From an uncultured Butyrivibrio sp. (lineage in GTDB: Bacteria; Bacillota; Clostridia; Lachnospirales; Lachnospiraceae): 64,000 nt of DNA. The DNA lies in the NCBI GenBank assembly GCA_946546925.1, contig CAMNOS010000001.1, positions 12,727 to 76,726 on the forward strand, in the 5' to 3' direction. This document shows, in pieces, positions 18,333-29,377 of this stretch. Position 1 is the stretch's first letter. Every line of letters starts with the position of its first letter. The notes beneath the pieces are model-generated. The model saw only the letters and a program-made list of their open reading frames with translations. It had not been told where the DNA came from and ran no database searches. The translations under genes were made by a program, and so were the position numbers.

Positions 18333-19838
18333 TCAATCATTATCTTCGTTCAGTCCCTCTGTGATGTCCACATCACGGGGATCGGGTATCGCAGTCTCTG
18401 TGTAGGGCGTGCCTGTTATCTGCGTCATTATCCTCTCAGAGACCTGCCTCAGTGTAGAGTTGCAGTCTTCACCGTTCCAGATCCTGGTAAAGGCGATCTC
18501 AAGCTCCATCCAGAGGTTACTTGTCTCGATAGTCTTGGGCATGGGAACAGAATCTGCGTAGACAGAAGCAAAGGCTGTGAGATTCCTGTCATCATATTTG
18601 ACGCCCTTGTGGGCCGAGAGCTTGTTGCTCATCCTGTAGATGTCACCTGAGGTGTCACTGCACAAAAACCTTGCAACCTTGTTGGCTTCCTGCGGGTGGT
18701 CCGTAAATCCGTTGACCACAAGACACTCTGTGACAGACATTGTCCTTGAGCCGTACTCATCAGTAAGACCGGGCATATCAGCGACCTCAAACTCGTACTC
18801 ACACTCTCCTGATGCCCTTGCATCCTCAATCTTCTTGATGATGTCGGTAGTAGCTATGGTAAATACGATCTTGCCGTCGATGAAATCCTGAACGATCGTA
18901 TCGTAGTCGATCTGCTCGGGATCAATGGCAAAGAACTGATTGAGCTGCTGGTAAATCTTCATGCAGCTTACTGTATCCGTGTTGTAAATATCAATGAGAC
19001 TGACATCGTCTCCGGCCTTTCCACCCACATCCATGTAGTTGCCCACAAAGAAATAGTTGTAAAAGATATCCGTAACGTCCCACTCAAATACTGCTTCAAC
19101 CTTATCAGGGGCATTGAAATTCTCTGCAAATTCAAGGATATCGGAAATGTTGAGGGGAAGGCTCTCTGCCACTGCCTCATCGATCATGACCTGAGTGATC
19201 TGAGTGTCATCGCCTGCCGGCTCATCCTGCACCTCATGATCCTCAGAGTCATCCTGCGCTTCCATCTCATCCGCTTCTGCCTGTGCCTCTTCTCCTTCAA
19301 TAGTGTCTATCTCAGACTGGAGGTTCTCTGTGGCCATGGTCTCAAGGTAAGTCTTGTTGTAAACAAGTGAACTTGTCTCAAAATAGAAGGGGTAAGCCAC
19401 CCTCTTCCCCTTATAGGTGACGGAATTGACAGCCGCAGAAGGATAGAATCCGTCGTTGACAAATTCATCACCCCCTTCAACCTCCTGTGCCAGTCCCGCC
19501 AGATAGGCCTTCTCAAGCGAATCATTGGTAATTATAAAAAGATCCGGGTAATTGTCTTCTTCCACAGATGCCTTGCCGACAGCCTCAAGATACTGGGGAT
19601 CTGTGACAAGAACAGGTTCCACGCGAACACTGCTATCAGACTCAGAAAACGCCACAGCCCTGTTCTGCAGATAACTCGTTAATGAATCATCCGTATACCA
19701 GATCCTGACTGTGGTCTTGTTCCTTGAGAAAAAAGAATAATCTTCAAAAATGCTCTTGTCCGAGCGGGCGTACACGTAGGTGCCCGCCAGGGAAAGGGCA
19801 ACAAGTAATATAGAAAAAATCCTGACTCTTAACTTCAT
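18333..19838 (-). CDS. Extracellular solute-binding protein (family 1-like) with an acidic insertion
   Basis: N-terminal TM segment; PDLF, YPFYFETSSLVYNK; no adjacent permease. Confidence 0.75.
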   Translation of the reverse strand: MKLRVRIFSILLVALSLAGTYVYARSDKSIFEDYSFFSRNKTTVRIWYTDDSLTSYLQNRAVAFSESDSSVRVEPVLVTDPQYLEAVGKASVEEDNYPDLFIITNDSLEKAYLAGLAQEVEGGDEFVNDGFYPSAAVNSVTYKGKRVAYPFYFETSSLVYNKTYLETMATENLQSEIDTIEGEEAQAEADEMEAQDDSEDHEVQDEPAGDDTQITQVMIDEAVAESLPLNISDILEFAENFNAPDKVEAVFEWDVTDIFYNYFFVGNYMDVGGKAGDDVSLIDIYNTDTVSCMKIYQQLNQFFAIDPEQIDYDTIVQDFIDGKIVFTIATTDIIKKIEDARASGECEYEFEVADMPGLTDEYGSRTMSVTECLVVNGFTDHPQEANKVARFLCSDTSGDIYRMSNKLSAHKGVKYDDRNLTAFASVYADSVPMPKTIETSNLWMELEIAFTRIWNGEDCNSTLRQVSERIMTQITGTPYTETAIPDPRDVDITEGLNEDND

Positions 19839-21040
19839 ATAGACTCCAGACATGAATCCAGTATACGGATCATGTCATCAACATTCTCCCTTGAAATAAC
19901 AAGTGGTGGTACAAATCTTATTATATCAGAACCTGCGTTGATAAGTATAAGACCTTTTTCAAGCGCCTTACCAATCACTTCCGCAACCGGTCTGTCAAAA
20001 ACAAGCCCCTGCATAAGTCCAAGGCCTCGTCTGTCCACAATAAAATCGTATCTGTCCTTAAGTTCATCAAGCTTCTGCTCCAGATACGGAGCCACCTGAT
20101 TCACATTCTCTATTATATTGTCCTCTTTGAATAAATCAAGTACTTTGCTGACTGCTGCGCAGGCAAAGGGATTGCCGCCGTAGGTGGTTCCGTGGTCTCC
20201 GGCAACAAGCGAGTTCTGTCCCACCTTCTCGGTCATGAGGAAGGCACCAACGGGAACTCCGCATCCAAGTGCTTTGGCTGTTGTCATTATGTCGGGCTTT
20301 ACGCCGTACCTCTGCCAGGCGTACATGGAGCCGCATCTTCCCATTCCGCACTGGATCTCATCCAGAATGAGAAGGATGTCTTTTTCATCGCAGAGCTTTC
20401 TTACGCTCTTTAAGAACTCCTCAGTTACAGGATGTATGCCGCCCTCTCCCTGAACAGTCTCCATGATTATTGCGCAGGTTCTGTCATTGACATTGGCAAG
20501 TACCGAATCAAAATCATTGAGATTCGCAAATCTTATATTGCCGATCATCGGCTCAAAAGCCTCGCGGTAATGAGGATTGCCCGTCACGGAGAGCGCACCA
20601 AAGGTCCTTCCGTGGAAGGAATGATTCATGGCAATGATCTCATGATCAGTCCTGCCATCCTTAAGATAAGCGTACTTTCTCGCAGCCTTGAGAGCTCCCT
20701 CTACTGCTTCCGCTCCGCTGTTGGTAAAGAAGACCCGATCCATCCCTGAGGCCTCCTTGATCTTTTTGGCAGCCTCCACAGCCGGAACATTGTAATAGTA
20801 GTTTGAAGTGTGAAGAAGCTTGTCGATCTGGGCCTTAAGGGCATCGTTGTAGCTCTTGTTGTTGTACCCGAGAGCAAAAACCGCTATGCCGGATACGAAA
20901 TCAAGGTATTTTTTGCCGTCGATGTCATACAGATACACCCCCTCGCCCCTGTCAAGGACGATCTGATATCTGTTATAGGTGTGCAAAAGAGCTTTTTCAG
21001 CCTCTTCTATGTACTTCTTCATCATCTCACTCATAGTCAT
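19835..21040 (-). CDS. argD: Acetylornithine aminotransferase
   Basis: NSGAEA, SFHGRT, DEIQCGMGR, AKALG. Confidence 0.95.
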   Translation of the reverse strand: MTMSEMMKKYIEEAEKALLHTYNRYQIVLDRGEGVYLYDIDGKKYLDFVSGIAVFALGYNNKSYNDALKAQIDKLLHTSNYYYNVPAVEAAKKIKEASGMDRVFFTNSGAEAVEGALKAARKYAYLKDGRTDHEIIAMNHSFHGRTFGALSVTGNPHYREAFEPMIGNIRFANLNDFDSVLANVNDRTCAIIMETVQGEGGIHPVTEEFLKSVRKLCDEKDILLILDEIQCGMGRCGSMYAWQRYGVKPDIMTTAKALGCGVPVGAFLMTEKVGQNSLVAGDHGTTYGGNPFACAAVSKVLDLFKEDNIIENVNQVAPYLEQKLDELKDRYDFIVDRRGLGLMQGLVFDRPVAEVIGKALEKGLILINAGSDIIRFVPPLVISRENVDDMIRILDSCLESI

Positions 21041-21049
21041 TCTCCTGTC

Positions 21050-21949
21050 TCATACATTCTCTTCAGCAAGGTCGTCATTGTCAGCCATAAACATGGTTCC
21101 GATACCTCTGTTGGTAAAGATCTCAAGAAGCAGGCAGTGGGCTATCCTTCCGTCAAGGATATGCACCCTGTTTACTCCCTTTTTGATGGCATCGGTGCAG
21201 TTACTGAGCTTTGGAAGCATTCCGCCTCCTATGCTTCCGGATGCAAAGAGCTCATCAGCTTCTGAGCAGGTGAGCCTTGAAATAAATGACGACTTGTCAT
21301 TGATATCCCTGTACACACCCTCAATATCAGTGAGGAACGCCAGCTTGTCGGCTCCCACAGCTTTTGCTATGGCACAGGCCGCATCATCGGCGTTGATGTT
21401 GTACGTGTCAAAGTTATCATCGAGGCCTACAGGTGCAATGATAGGCAGGTAATCGTTGTCCATAAGGTCATAGAGGACCTTGGGATCAACCTTGTCGATC
21501 TCGCCCACAAAGCCGATGTCTTTGCCGTCAGAATACTTTTTGGTGACGTGAAGAAGGCCTGAATCCTTGCCGCTTATGCCGATGGCCTTAACTCCAAGCT
21601 CCTGAACCATCGTAACAAGCTGCTTGTTGACCCTTCCGAGTACCATCTCAGCAATCTCCATTGTCTCGGCATCGGTGACGCGAAGTCCGTTTACGAACTC
21701 AGCTTCTTTACCAACCTTGCCCACCCATGAGCTTATGGCTTTTCCGCCGCCGTGTACGATTATGGGCTTGAATCCAACAAGTTTAAGGAGCGTTACATCT
21801 TTTATCACATTCCTCTGAAGCTCCTCGTTACTCATGGCGCTTCCGCCATATTTAACTACAATTATCTTTCTGTTGAACTTCTGAATATAGGGAAGGGCCT
21901 CAACCAGCACCTCCGCCTTTTTCAAAACTTCCTGCATATCCTTGTCCAT
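21050..21949 (-). CDS. argB: Acetylglutamate kinase
   Basis: VVKYGG, VHGGG, GLRVTD, NINAD, GGMLPK. Confidence 0.96.
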   Translation of the reverse strand: MDKDMQEVLKKAEVLVEALPYIQKFNRKIIVVKYGGSAMSNEELQRNVIKDVTLLKLVGFKPIIVHGGGKAISSWVGKVGKEAEFVNGLRVTDAETMEIAEMVLGRVNKQLVTMVQELGVKAIGISGKDSGLLHVTKKYSDGKDIGFVGEIDKVDPKVLYDLMDNDYLPIIAPVGLDDNFDTYNINADDAACAIAKAVGADKLAFLTDIEGVYRDINDKSSFISRLTCSEADELFASGSIGGGMLPKLSNCTDAIKKGVNRVHILDGRIAHCLLLEIFTNRGIGTMFMADNDDLAEENV

Positions 21950-21958
21950 GGCTTCTCC

Positions 21959-23182
21959 TTAGCTCCTGTAATCTGCATTTATCTTGACGTAATCATAAGT
22001 AAGATCGCACCCCCAGGCCGTGGCCTCTTCTGTGCCCTCGTGCATATCCACATATACCGTGACTGCATCTGCCTTCATTATCTCAAGTGCCCGCTCTTCA
22101 TCAAACACCAGGGGAGTTCCCTTGTCGAACACCTTGATTCTTCCCTTGGTACTCTCAAAATAGAGCTCCACGTCGTTCTGGTCAAACTCAGCACCCGAGT
22201 ATCCCATGGCGCACAGGAATCTTCCGAAGTTGGCATCGCACCCGAAGATTGCTGCCTTAGAGAGGTTCGATCCCACAATTGCCCTGGAAAGAGTCCTTGC
22301 ATCCTGCTTGGACTTTGCATTAACAACCCTGGCCTCAAAGAGCTTACTTGCTCCCTCTCCGTCTGCTGCCATCTTCTTGGCAAGATATGTGCACACATAC
22401 AAAAGAGCTGACTTAAAGGTCTTGTAGTCCTCGCCCTCATCCGTTATCTTCTTATTCCCTGACTGAGCGTTTGCAAGAAGCAGAAGCGTGTCGTTGGTTG
22501 AGGTGTCCCCGTCAACTGTTATCATGTTGAAAGTGTCCTTTACCACCTCTGAGACGGCTTTCTGCAAAAGAGCTTTCTCAATGTCAAGGTCTGTTGTAAG
22601 GAAGGCGAGCATCGTGCACATATTGGGATGGATCATCCCGGAGCCCTTGCTCATACCACCAAGTGTCACCTCTGTGCCTGCTATCTCAAAAGTCACAGCG
22701 CATTCTTTGTTGACTGTATCTGTAGTCATTATTGCTTTTGAGGCATCGGTTCCTGCCGCAAGACTGTCGTCAAGAGTTGCGCTCATCTTCTCAACTCCGG
22801 CTACAAGCTTGTCCACAGGAAGCTGCATTCCTATGACGCCGGTTGATGCAACAGCAACTGAGCTGTAGGGAACATTAAGGCATTTCTCAACCGCATCCGC
22901 AGTCTTTCTGCAGGCGTCAAATCCTTCCTTGCCCGTGCAGGCATTGGCAATTCCCGAATTCACAACTACTGCGTGGACAGGGTCACCTGATGAAACTATT
23001 TTCTGATCCCACTGCACACAGGCGGCCTTCACCACATTTGATGTAAAGGTCCCCGCCGATACACAGGGCTCTTTGGAAAAGACAAGGGCCATGTCGGTCC
23101 TGTTCTTGTACTTGATCTCTGCGCTGCAGCAGGACGCTTCAAAGCCCTTCGCAGCTGTAACGCCACCTTCCGTAATCTTCAT
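21959..23182 (-). CDS. argJ: Ornithine acetyltransferase / N-acetylglutamate synthase
   Basis: NSGIANACTG, KGSGMIHPNMCTML, DGDTSTND; start MKITEGG at 23182. Confidence 0.95.
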   Translation of the reverse strand: MKITEGGVTAAKGFEASCCSAEIKYKNRTDMALVFSKEPCVSAGTFTSNVVKAACVQWDQKIVSSGDPVHAVVVNSGIANACTGKEGFDACRKTADAVEKCLNVPYSSVAVASTGVIGMQLPVDKLVAGVEKMSATLDDSLAAGTDASKAIMTTDTVNKECAVTFEIAGTEVTLGGMSKGSGMIHPNMCTMLAFLTTDLDIEKALLQKAVSEVVKDTFNMITVDGDTSTNDTLLLLANAQSGNKKITDEGEDYKTFKSALLYVCTYLAKKMAADGEGASKLFEARVVNAKSKQDARTLSRAIVGSNLSKAAIFGCDANFGRFLCAMGYSGAEFDQNDVELYFESTKGRIKVFDKGTPLVFDEERALEIMKADAVTVYVDMHEGTEEATAWGCDLTYDYVKINADYRS

Positions 23183-23321
23183 ACTGCCTCCATTTTCATA
23201 ATTCATATTGCTACTCGCCGATTGAAATCCCTTTTTCCTCAATGTTTCACTTAACCTCGTCAAAAGGGATTTCAATCGGCCGGATACCAAATTCAATAGC
23301 CTTCTTATTCAATGTCGTGTC

Positions 23322-23771
23322 TTACTTGTTAAAAACTGTCAGGTTTTCCGGGTTCAGGACGAAGTCGTAGTAGTTCATGTCATCCCTCAGGGTCCATCCC
23401 ATCTTTTGCCAGAACTTGTTGCCAACAGTGTTGGTCACAAAGGCGTTAAGACACACCTTGTTGATTCCCTCTTTTTTGAGCTGCTCACAGCAGAACTCAA
23501 CCATCTTTTTGCCTATGCCGTGCATTCTGTACTCTTCTGCAACACATACGTGATAAAAGCAGGCTCTTCTTCCGTCGTGACCGCAGAGGATTGCGCCAAC
23601 GATCCTTCCGTCCTTCTCATATACTGCGCTGGTTGTGGGATTTCTTTTTAAAAATCTCTCAATCCCTTCCCTGGAGTCGTCCATTGTCCTGATGCCAAAA
23701 CCATGTATCGACATCCAGAGCCCGTACACGTTGTCATAGTCTTCGCATGTCATTACCCTAACCATTTTCAC
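23322..23771 (-). CDS. GNAT acetyltransferase within the arg operon
   Basis: GHDGRRA, V..YRMHGIG, FWQKMGW. Confidence 0.85.
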   Translation of the reverse strand: MKMVRVMTCEDYDNVYGLWMSIHGFGIRTMDDSREGIERFLKRNPTTSAVYEKDGRIVGAILCGHDGRRACFYHVCVAEEYRMHGIGKKMVEFCCEQLKKEGINKVCLNAFVTNTVGNKFWQKMGWTLRDDMNYYDFVLNPENLTVFNK

Positions 23772-23829
23772 TCCTCACCCCTTGGACTTCTGAAATACTG
23801 ATACCGAATTTCAGAGGAAATACGTTATC

Positions 23830-24882
23830 TTATGGGAAACACGGAACCAGATCAAGTCCCATGCTCTCATCAAGCCCGAATAAGATGTTCATATTCTGAA
23901 CAGCCTGTCCGGCGGCTCCCTTAACGAGATTGTCGATGGTGCCCATCATTATGATGCGTCCTGTCCTCTCATCGATCTTAAAGCCTAAATCAACAAAATT
24001 GCTGCCCTCTACCCATCTGGTCTCAGGGTATACGCCGTCATCAAGAAGCCTTATGAATTTCTCTTTTCCGTAGTATTTCTCATAGGCTGCTCTTATATCC
24101 TGCGCCGAAGGGAGCTTACCATCCTTCTTCACAAGACTGGCGTATTCGGTAGCAAGAATTCCTCTGTTCATCGGAACAAGGTGTGGTGTGAAATTAAGAA
24201 GAACTCCCCTGCCCGCTGCGTATGAGAGCTGCTCCTCTATCTCAGGTGTGTGCCTGTGGACTGCAACACCGTAGGGCTTGGCCGACTCATTGACCTCACA
24301 GTAGAGGTTGGCAACCTTGGCGCCTCTTCCAGCACCTGAAACTCCGGAGAGAGCATCGATGATAAGCGTATCAGTGTCAATAAGTCCCTCTTTTACCAGA
24401 GGATAAGCTGTGAGGATGGAACATGTTGTGTAGCATCCCGGATTGGCGATTATGCGGGCATTCTTAATGCTGTCCCTGTTTATCTCACACAGGCCGTAGA
24501 CTGCCTCGTCTATATACTGCGGTGCCTTGTGCTCTATCTTGTACCACTTCTCATATACGGATACGTCCTTTAATCTGAAGTCTGCGGACAGATCGATGAC
24601 CTTTACTTTATTAAGAACATTCTCATTGACCAGTGATGCGCACAGCCCCTGGGGCGTGGCTGTAAAGATCACGTCCACCTGCTCTGCAAGTTCTTCCATA
24701 TTATCGTCCATGCACTTTGCATCAACGAGTTTAAAAAAGTTCCCGTAGACACTGCCAAACTTCTCATCTATATAGCTTCTCGAGCCGTACCACACAACCT
24801 GTGCCTGCGGGTGAAAGTGCAAAAGACGTGCGATCTCAGCCCCTGCATAGCCTGTAGCACCGATTATTCCTACTTTTATCAT
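23830..24882 (-). CDS. argC: N-acetyl-gamma-glutamyl-phosphate reductase
   Basis: GATGYAG, NPGCY, HRHTPE, DNLVKGAAGQA. Confidence 0.96.
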   Translation of the reverse strand: MIKVGIIGATGYAGAEIARLLHFHPQAQVVWYGSRSYIDEKFGSVYGNFFKLVDAKCMDDNMEELAEQVDVIFTATPQGLCASLVNENVLNKVKVIDLSADFRLKDVSVYEKWYKIEHKAPQYIDEAVYGLCEINRDSIKNARIIANPGCYTTCSILTAYPLVKEGLIDTDTLIIDALSGVSGAGRGAKVANLYCEVNESAKPYGVAVHRHTPEIEEQLSYAAGRGVLLNFTPHLVPMNRGILATEYASLVKKDGKLPSAQDIRAAYEKYYGKEKFIRLLDDGVYPETRWVEGSNFVDLGFKIDERTGRIIMMGTIDNLVKGAAGQAVQNMNILFGLDESMGLDLVPCFP

Positions 24883-24949
24883 TGCCCTCTTCCTTTCGTA
24901 TTTAAACTTTTTTCAGTATACGACTGTAAAATCAATAATGCAATAGTTT

Positions 24950-25032
24950 CTTTTATATTTATGCACAAAAGAATGAAAATTTTAAATATTTATGCAAATA
25001 CTATTGCATTTTATACATTTTAGGTTTATATT
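24950..25032. promoter_or_regulatory. ARG-box-like operators and argG promoter
   Basis: TTTATATTTATGCA (24952-24965), TAAATATTTATGCA (24983-24996); TTGCAT-17-TATATT at 25004-25032, between divergent argC and argG. Confidence 0.55.
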
Positions 25033-25073
25033 ATGAAAAGTAAATCACGAACCAAAGAAAAGAGGAGTCAATT

Positions 25074-26303
25074 ATGTCAAAAGAAAAAGTAATCCTTGCA
25101 TACTCAGGCGGACTTGACACTACTGCTATCATCCCCTGGCTTAAAGAAAATTTCGATTATGAAGTTGTTTGCGTCTGCATCGACTGCGGACAGGAAGAGG
25201 AACTCGACGGACTCAACGAGAGAGCCATCAGCTGCGGCGCCAGCAAGCTCTACATTCTCGATGTTGTCGATGAGTTCTGCGACGAGTACATCGTTCCCTG
25301 TGTAATGGCTCACGCCGTATACGAGAACAAGTACCTGCTTGGTACATCAATGGCCCGCCCCCTCATCGCCAAGAAGCTCGTTGAGATCGCAAGAAAAGAA
25401 GGCGCTGTTGCCATCTGCCACGGCGCAACAGGTAAGGGCAACGACCAGATAAGATTCGAGCTCGGTATCAAGGCTCTTGCTCCTGACATCAAGATCATAG
25501 CAGCCTGGAGGAACGACAAGTGGACAATGGATTCCAGAGAATCAGAGATCGAGTACTGCCGTCAGCACGGCATCAATCTGCCCTTCTCAGCTGATTCAAG
25601 CTACAGCCGCGACAGGAATCTGTGGCACATCTCCCACGAGGGACTTGAGCTTGAGGATCCTTCACTTGAGCCCAATTACAAGCACCTTCTGGTTCTTGGC
25701 AAGACTCCCGAGGATGCTCCCGATGAGCCCACTACCGTCACCATGACATTTGAGGGCGGTATCCCCAAGTCAGTTAACGGCAAAGAGATGAAGGTTTCCG
25801 ACATCATCCGCACTCTTAACAAGCTCGGCGGCGAGAACGGAATCGGCATCGTTGATATCGTTGAGAACCGTGTGGTTGGAATGAAGTCTCGCGGCGTCTA
25901 TGAGACCCCCGGCGGAACCATCCTCTACGAGGCACACCAGCAGCTCGAAGAGTTGATTTTGGACCGCGATACCTATACAATGAAAAAAGATATGGGCAAC
26001 AAGTTTGCCGATCTAGTATATGAAGGGAAATGGTTCACTCCACTTCGTGAGGCAGAACAGGCATTTATCGAGTCCACACAGAAATACGTAACCGGTGAAG
26101 TTACCTTCAGGCTCTACAAGGGCAACATCATCAAGGCAGGCACCAAGTCACCTTACTCACTCTACAATGAGTCAATTGCCTCCTTCAAGACCGGCGATCT
26201 CTATGATCACCACGATGCTGAGGGCTTCATCAATCTGTTTGGTCTCTCTTCCAAAGTTCGCGCAATGAAGATGCAGGAAGTAGCCGCCAAAAACAACGGA
26301 TGA
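25074..26303 (+). CDS. argG: Argininosuccinate synthase
   Basis: AYSGGLDT, HGATGKGNDQIRF, KSRGVYETP. Confidence 0.97.
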   Translation: MSKEKVILAYSGGLDTTAIIPWLKENFDYEVVCVCIDCGQEEELDGLNERAISCGASKLYILDVVDEFCDEYIVPCVMAHAVYENKYLLGTSMARPLIAKKLVEIARKEGAVAICHGATGKGNDQIRFELGIKALAPDIKIIAAWRNDKWTMDSRESEIEYCRQHGINLPFSADSSYSRDRNLWHISHEGLELEDPSLEPNYKHLLVLGKTPEDAPDEPTTVTMTFEGGIPKSVNGKEMKVSDIIRTLNKLGGENGIGIVDIVENRVVGMKSRGVYETPGGTILYEAHQQLEELILDRDTYTMKKDMGNKFADLVYEGKWFTPLREAEQAFIESTQKYVTGEVTFRLYKGNIIKAGTKSPYSLYNESIASFKTGDLYDHHDAEGFINLFGLSSKVRAMKMQEVAAKNNG

Positions 26304-26593
26304 AATCCATTCTGTTTCTTTTGATCTACATAGCTTTTGTTAACATTTCAGGGTTTGCCTTAATGGGAATCGACAAGAGGAAGGCAGTTCGTTCTGCCTT
26401 CCGTATTCCCGAGGCAACCCTTTTTGCTGTCGCACTCATAGGCGGAAGCCTCGGAAGCATCCTCGGGATGCAGATTTTCAGGCACAAGACAAAGCATTGG
26501 TATTTTCAGCTTGGAATGCCTATAATATTAGTATTGCAGATAGCTCTTTTTCTTTTTCTGCGCTTTGGTCCCATAGAATTCAGTTTCATGTAA
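26300..26593 (+). CDS. DUF1294 membrane protein
   Basis: DKRKA...RIPEATL...FRHKTKH. Confidence 0.88.
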   Translation: MKSILFLLIYIAFVNISGFALMGIDKRKAVRSAFRIPEATLFAVALIGGSLGSILGMQIFRHKTKHWYFQLGMPIILVLQIALFLFLRFGPIEFSFM

Positions 26594-26606
26594 CGAAAGG
26601 AGCAAC

Positions 26607-27338
26607 ATGCATCTTGCAGTTTGTGATGACAATATAGCCGACAGAAAACAGACGGAAAGACTTCTTGGACGACAGTCCGACAGGATTTTCAGAGAGACCG
26701 GCGAGAGGATCTACATAGACTCCTATGGCAATGTGGAGGCATTCATGCAGCGTCCGCAGATGTATCACGGTCTTTTTGTCGACATGGTTTCAGGAGAAAA
26801 GAACGGTTTTGACGTCCTTAAGATGCTGCTTGCTGCAGGCGTAGTCCGCCCCATCATCATGTGCTCCTCTTCTGTCGATTACAGGAAGCTTGCTCAGGAA
26901 GCAGGAATCAATGAAGATAACATATACTATCTCGATAAGCCCCTTAAGGTTGCCGAGCTCACAGAGATGATCGACATAATAAAAAAGCTCACAGGCAGGG
27001 CGACCCCCACCTTAGAGCTTCGTGGTCAGAATGAAACCGTATACGCCAAGGGCGATGATATCATATTTGTACAGAGAAATAAGAGATCAGAGCTCGATGT
27101 CCATATGACAGGCGGACGTATCGTAACCGTCATTGAGGACATCATCAACTTCTATGACCAGTGTCACATCTTCCCGGAGCTGACCCCCGTCAATGATAAT
27201 GCCATAATAAATGTAAGGCACATAAAAGGCACATCATTTGGCAAGGTGACAATGGATAGCGGCGACACTCTCAAAGTATCCTTCTCCTACAGGAATTCCA
27301 TTCAGGAAGGGCGCGATCGAATAGCCGATAAGACCTGA
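26607..27338 (+). CDS. LytTR-type response regulator (orphan)
   Basis: AVCDD, FVDM..NG, KP; C-terminal LytTR-like beta domain. Confidence 0.75.
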   Translation: MHLAVCDDNIADRKQTERLLGRQSDRIFRETGERIYIDSYGNVEAFMQRPQMYHGLFVDMVSGEKNGFDVLKMLLAAGVVRPIIMCSSSVDYRKLAQEAGINEDNIYYLDKPLKVAELTEMIDIIKKLTGRATPTLELRGQNETVYAKGDDIIFVQRNKRSELDVHMTGGRIVTVIEDIINFYDQCHIFPELTPVNDNAIINVRHIKGTSFGKVTMDSGDTLKVSFSYRNSIQEGRDRIADKT

Positions 27339-27346
27339 TCTATGGA

Positions 27347-28372
27347 TCAGGCTCCGTATCTGCTTACGCTGTCCCCTTCTATCATATGGCCCTCAAGGAT
27401 CATTACTCCCTGGCGGTATCTCTCGCGGCTGACCTTGCGGATCAGATTGAGCACCGCATTTCTGCCCATTTCGTAGGTATCTACTCCGTAAGTTGTGATC
27501 TTGATATCACACATCCCCGGGAAAATGTAGTTGTCATAGCCGACAACCGAAATGTCCTGCGGTACCCTGTACCCCTTGTCTTTCAGTTTCTTGATCAGTA
27601 TACCGGCTGCTATATCGCAGTTGCAGACAAATGCCGTTGGCATCTCCTCCGGAAGCTTGAAAAATGCGCCGGCATCTATCGTTCCTACAGCAGGATCCCT
27701 GTCCTGTATCACCCACTTCTCATTGTACTCAAGTCCATGCTCAAGAAGCGACTTCCTGTAGCCGAAATACCTGTCGGTTATGGCTCCTGAAGCAAGAACG
27801 GTTCCCACGAACCCGATCTTCTTATGTCCCATGTCAAAGAGGTAGTTGGTCATACAGTATGCGCCGTTATAGCTGTCTGCAATAACCGCATCCTCATCTC
27901 CCGTATGATTGCAGAAATCAAGAAATACCATTGGAAGTGAAGTATATCTCCTGATGTTGTCCAGATACTTCTCATCAATCCGGCCTATGACCATTAAGCC
28001 GTCAACCTTCTTGTCGGTCACAAGTCTCGGAAGCGTGCGCTTATTCTGTGAATCCACAGTTACAACTTCAAGCATGGTAAAACATCCGTTTTCCATGGCA
28101 AGCTGTGACACCTGCTGATGAAGCCTGTTGTAAAAAGTATTGTACTCGTTCATATACTGCTCGGAAATAATGACGCCTATGGTGTAATTCCTGGCAGATT
28201 CATCCTTCTTGTGTGATATTGAAGGAACATAGCCCATCTCGTTGGCAAGGGCCATAATCTTCTCCCTCAGGGCATTGCTCATACCCTTCTGCCCGGAAAG
28301 GGCCTTGGATACAGTAACAGTACTTACTCCAATTCTCTCAGCAATATCTTTTAGTCGTACGCTCTTAGCCAT
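27347..28372 (-). CDS. LacI-family transcriptional regulator
   Basis: LKDIAERIGVSTVTVSKALS HTH; VPQDISVVGYD. Confidence 0.93.
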   Translation of the reverse strand: MAKSVRLKDIAERIGVSTVTVSKALSGQKGMSNALREKIMALANEMGYVPSISHKKDESARNYTIGVIISEQYMNEYNTFYNRLHQQVSQLAMENGCFTMLEVVTVDSQNKRTLPRLVTDKKVDGLMVIGRIDEKYLDNIRRYTSLPMVFLDFCNHTGDEDAVIADSYNGAYCMTNYLFDMGHKKIGFVGTVLASGAITDRYFGYRKSLLEHGLEYNEKWVIQDRDPAVGTIDAGAFFKLPEEMPTAFVCNCDIAAGILIKKLKDKGYRVPQDISVVGYDNYIFPGMCDIKITTYGVDTYEMGRNAVLNLIRKVSRERYRQGVMILEGHMIEGDSVSRYGA

Positions 28373-28506
28373 AAAAAATCCCCATTGAATAAAATCTGAT
28401 TTATGTATTAAATAGTAATATAAGTAATTATACCTTGTTTGTCTGAATCAATATACATTTTTTTTAACTGCAGTTAAAATAACTTTAACAATATTGTCAA
28501 TGTATT

Positions 28507-29016
28507 ATGGAGTTACTCATGATAGCTGTCAGAATACCAAAACAAAAGAATTTTATGGCAAAGCTACTTACCACTGACCTCTTCGACAGTTTTCTCGTTG
28601 AAGAAGCTACTGTTGAGACCTACAATACCTTTGTCATAGACGGAAGGATCCACAGGGATTTTTATAAAGATTCAGATAATCCTGAAGACATCCCGACGGA
28701 AGACTTCTCAAAGTGGAGTAAAATCAGGCCTCTGTGTCTCGATCTTATAAAAGGCAAAAATACGCCGCTTAGTTTTAAATTTGTCCTTCGCCTGTGCGAA
28801 AGTGATAAAGAAGACTTATTCAGGAACCTTGATTCTGATATCTCACCGGAAAATATTTCTTTCGGAATAAATATAAAATATACCCAGGGAACTGTAATTG
28901 TGACAACAGGCGTATCCTACGCTCTCTTCACACTGGATAAAGAAGCAGAAAAAGCCTGGGATAAATATGTCCCAAGCTTTCTTGAATCAAATGATATAGA
29001 AACAGAAATACTGTGA
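28507..29016 (+). CDS. Conserved hypothetical protein (DUF5721-like)
   Basis: FDSFLV..A...TYNTF.IDG and IKGKNTP..FKFVL pattern. Confidence 0.7.
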   Translation: MELLMIAVRIPKQKNFMAKLLTTDLFDSFLVEEATVETYNTFVIDGRIHRDFYKDSDNPEDIPTEDFSKWSKIRPLCLDLIKGKNTPLSFKFVLRLCESDKEDLFRNLDSDISPENISFGINIKYTQGTVIVTTGVSYALFTLDKEAEKAWDKYVPSFLESNDIETEIL

Positions 29017-29017
29017 T

Positions 29018-29377
29018 CTAGACGTTGTATCTGGTCAGGATGGCGATCAGCTCGTCATATTTGGGCTTGATCTGATCGTACTTGTCCTTGTAGCCTTCCA
29101 TTGAACCCGCTCTTAATATCTCGGTAAGTTCACACACAGGGGTCAAAAAGCCCTTAAGTCCCAGATTGGCACCCACACCCTTCAAGGTGTGCACCGCCTT
29201 GAAGGCCTCAGATACATTGCCCTCAGCAAGATATTTGGTGAGATCATTCATGCTCTGGTCATTGAGGAACTTGAACATGAACTTGGCGATCAGATTCTCG
29301 TTGCCCATAAATCTGTCAAGGATCTCATCCCAGTCTACACCCCATTCAATTAGTTCTGCCTTAAAGTTAGCGTCCAT
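29018..29377 (-). CDS. Stand-alone Hpt phosphotransfer protein
   Basis: AVHTLKGVGANLG Hpt signature. Confidence 0.88.
   Translation of the reverse strand: MDANFKAELIEWGVDWDEILDRFMGNENLIAKFMFKFLNDQSMNDLTKYLAEGNVSEAFKAVHTLKGVGANLGLKGFLTPVCELTEILRAGSMEGYKDKYDQIKPKYDELIAILTRYNV

Noticed and set aside
21959-23296. Extended N-termini in the ORF track (argJ, also dinB, ispF, HAD, ABC ATPase, HD protein)
   Set aside because: RBS positions and family starts indicate downstream start codons.
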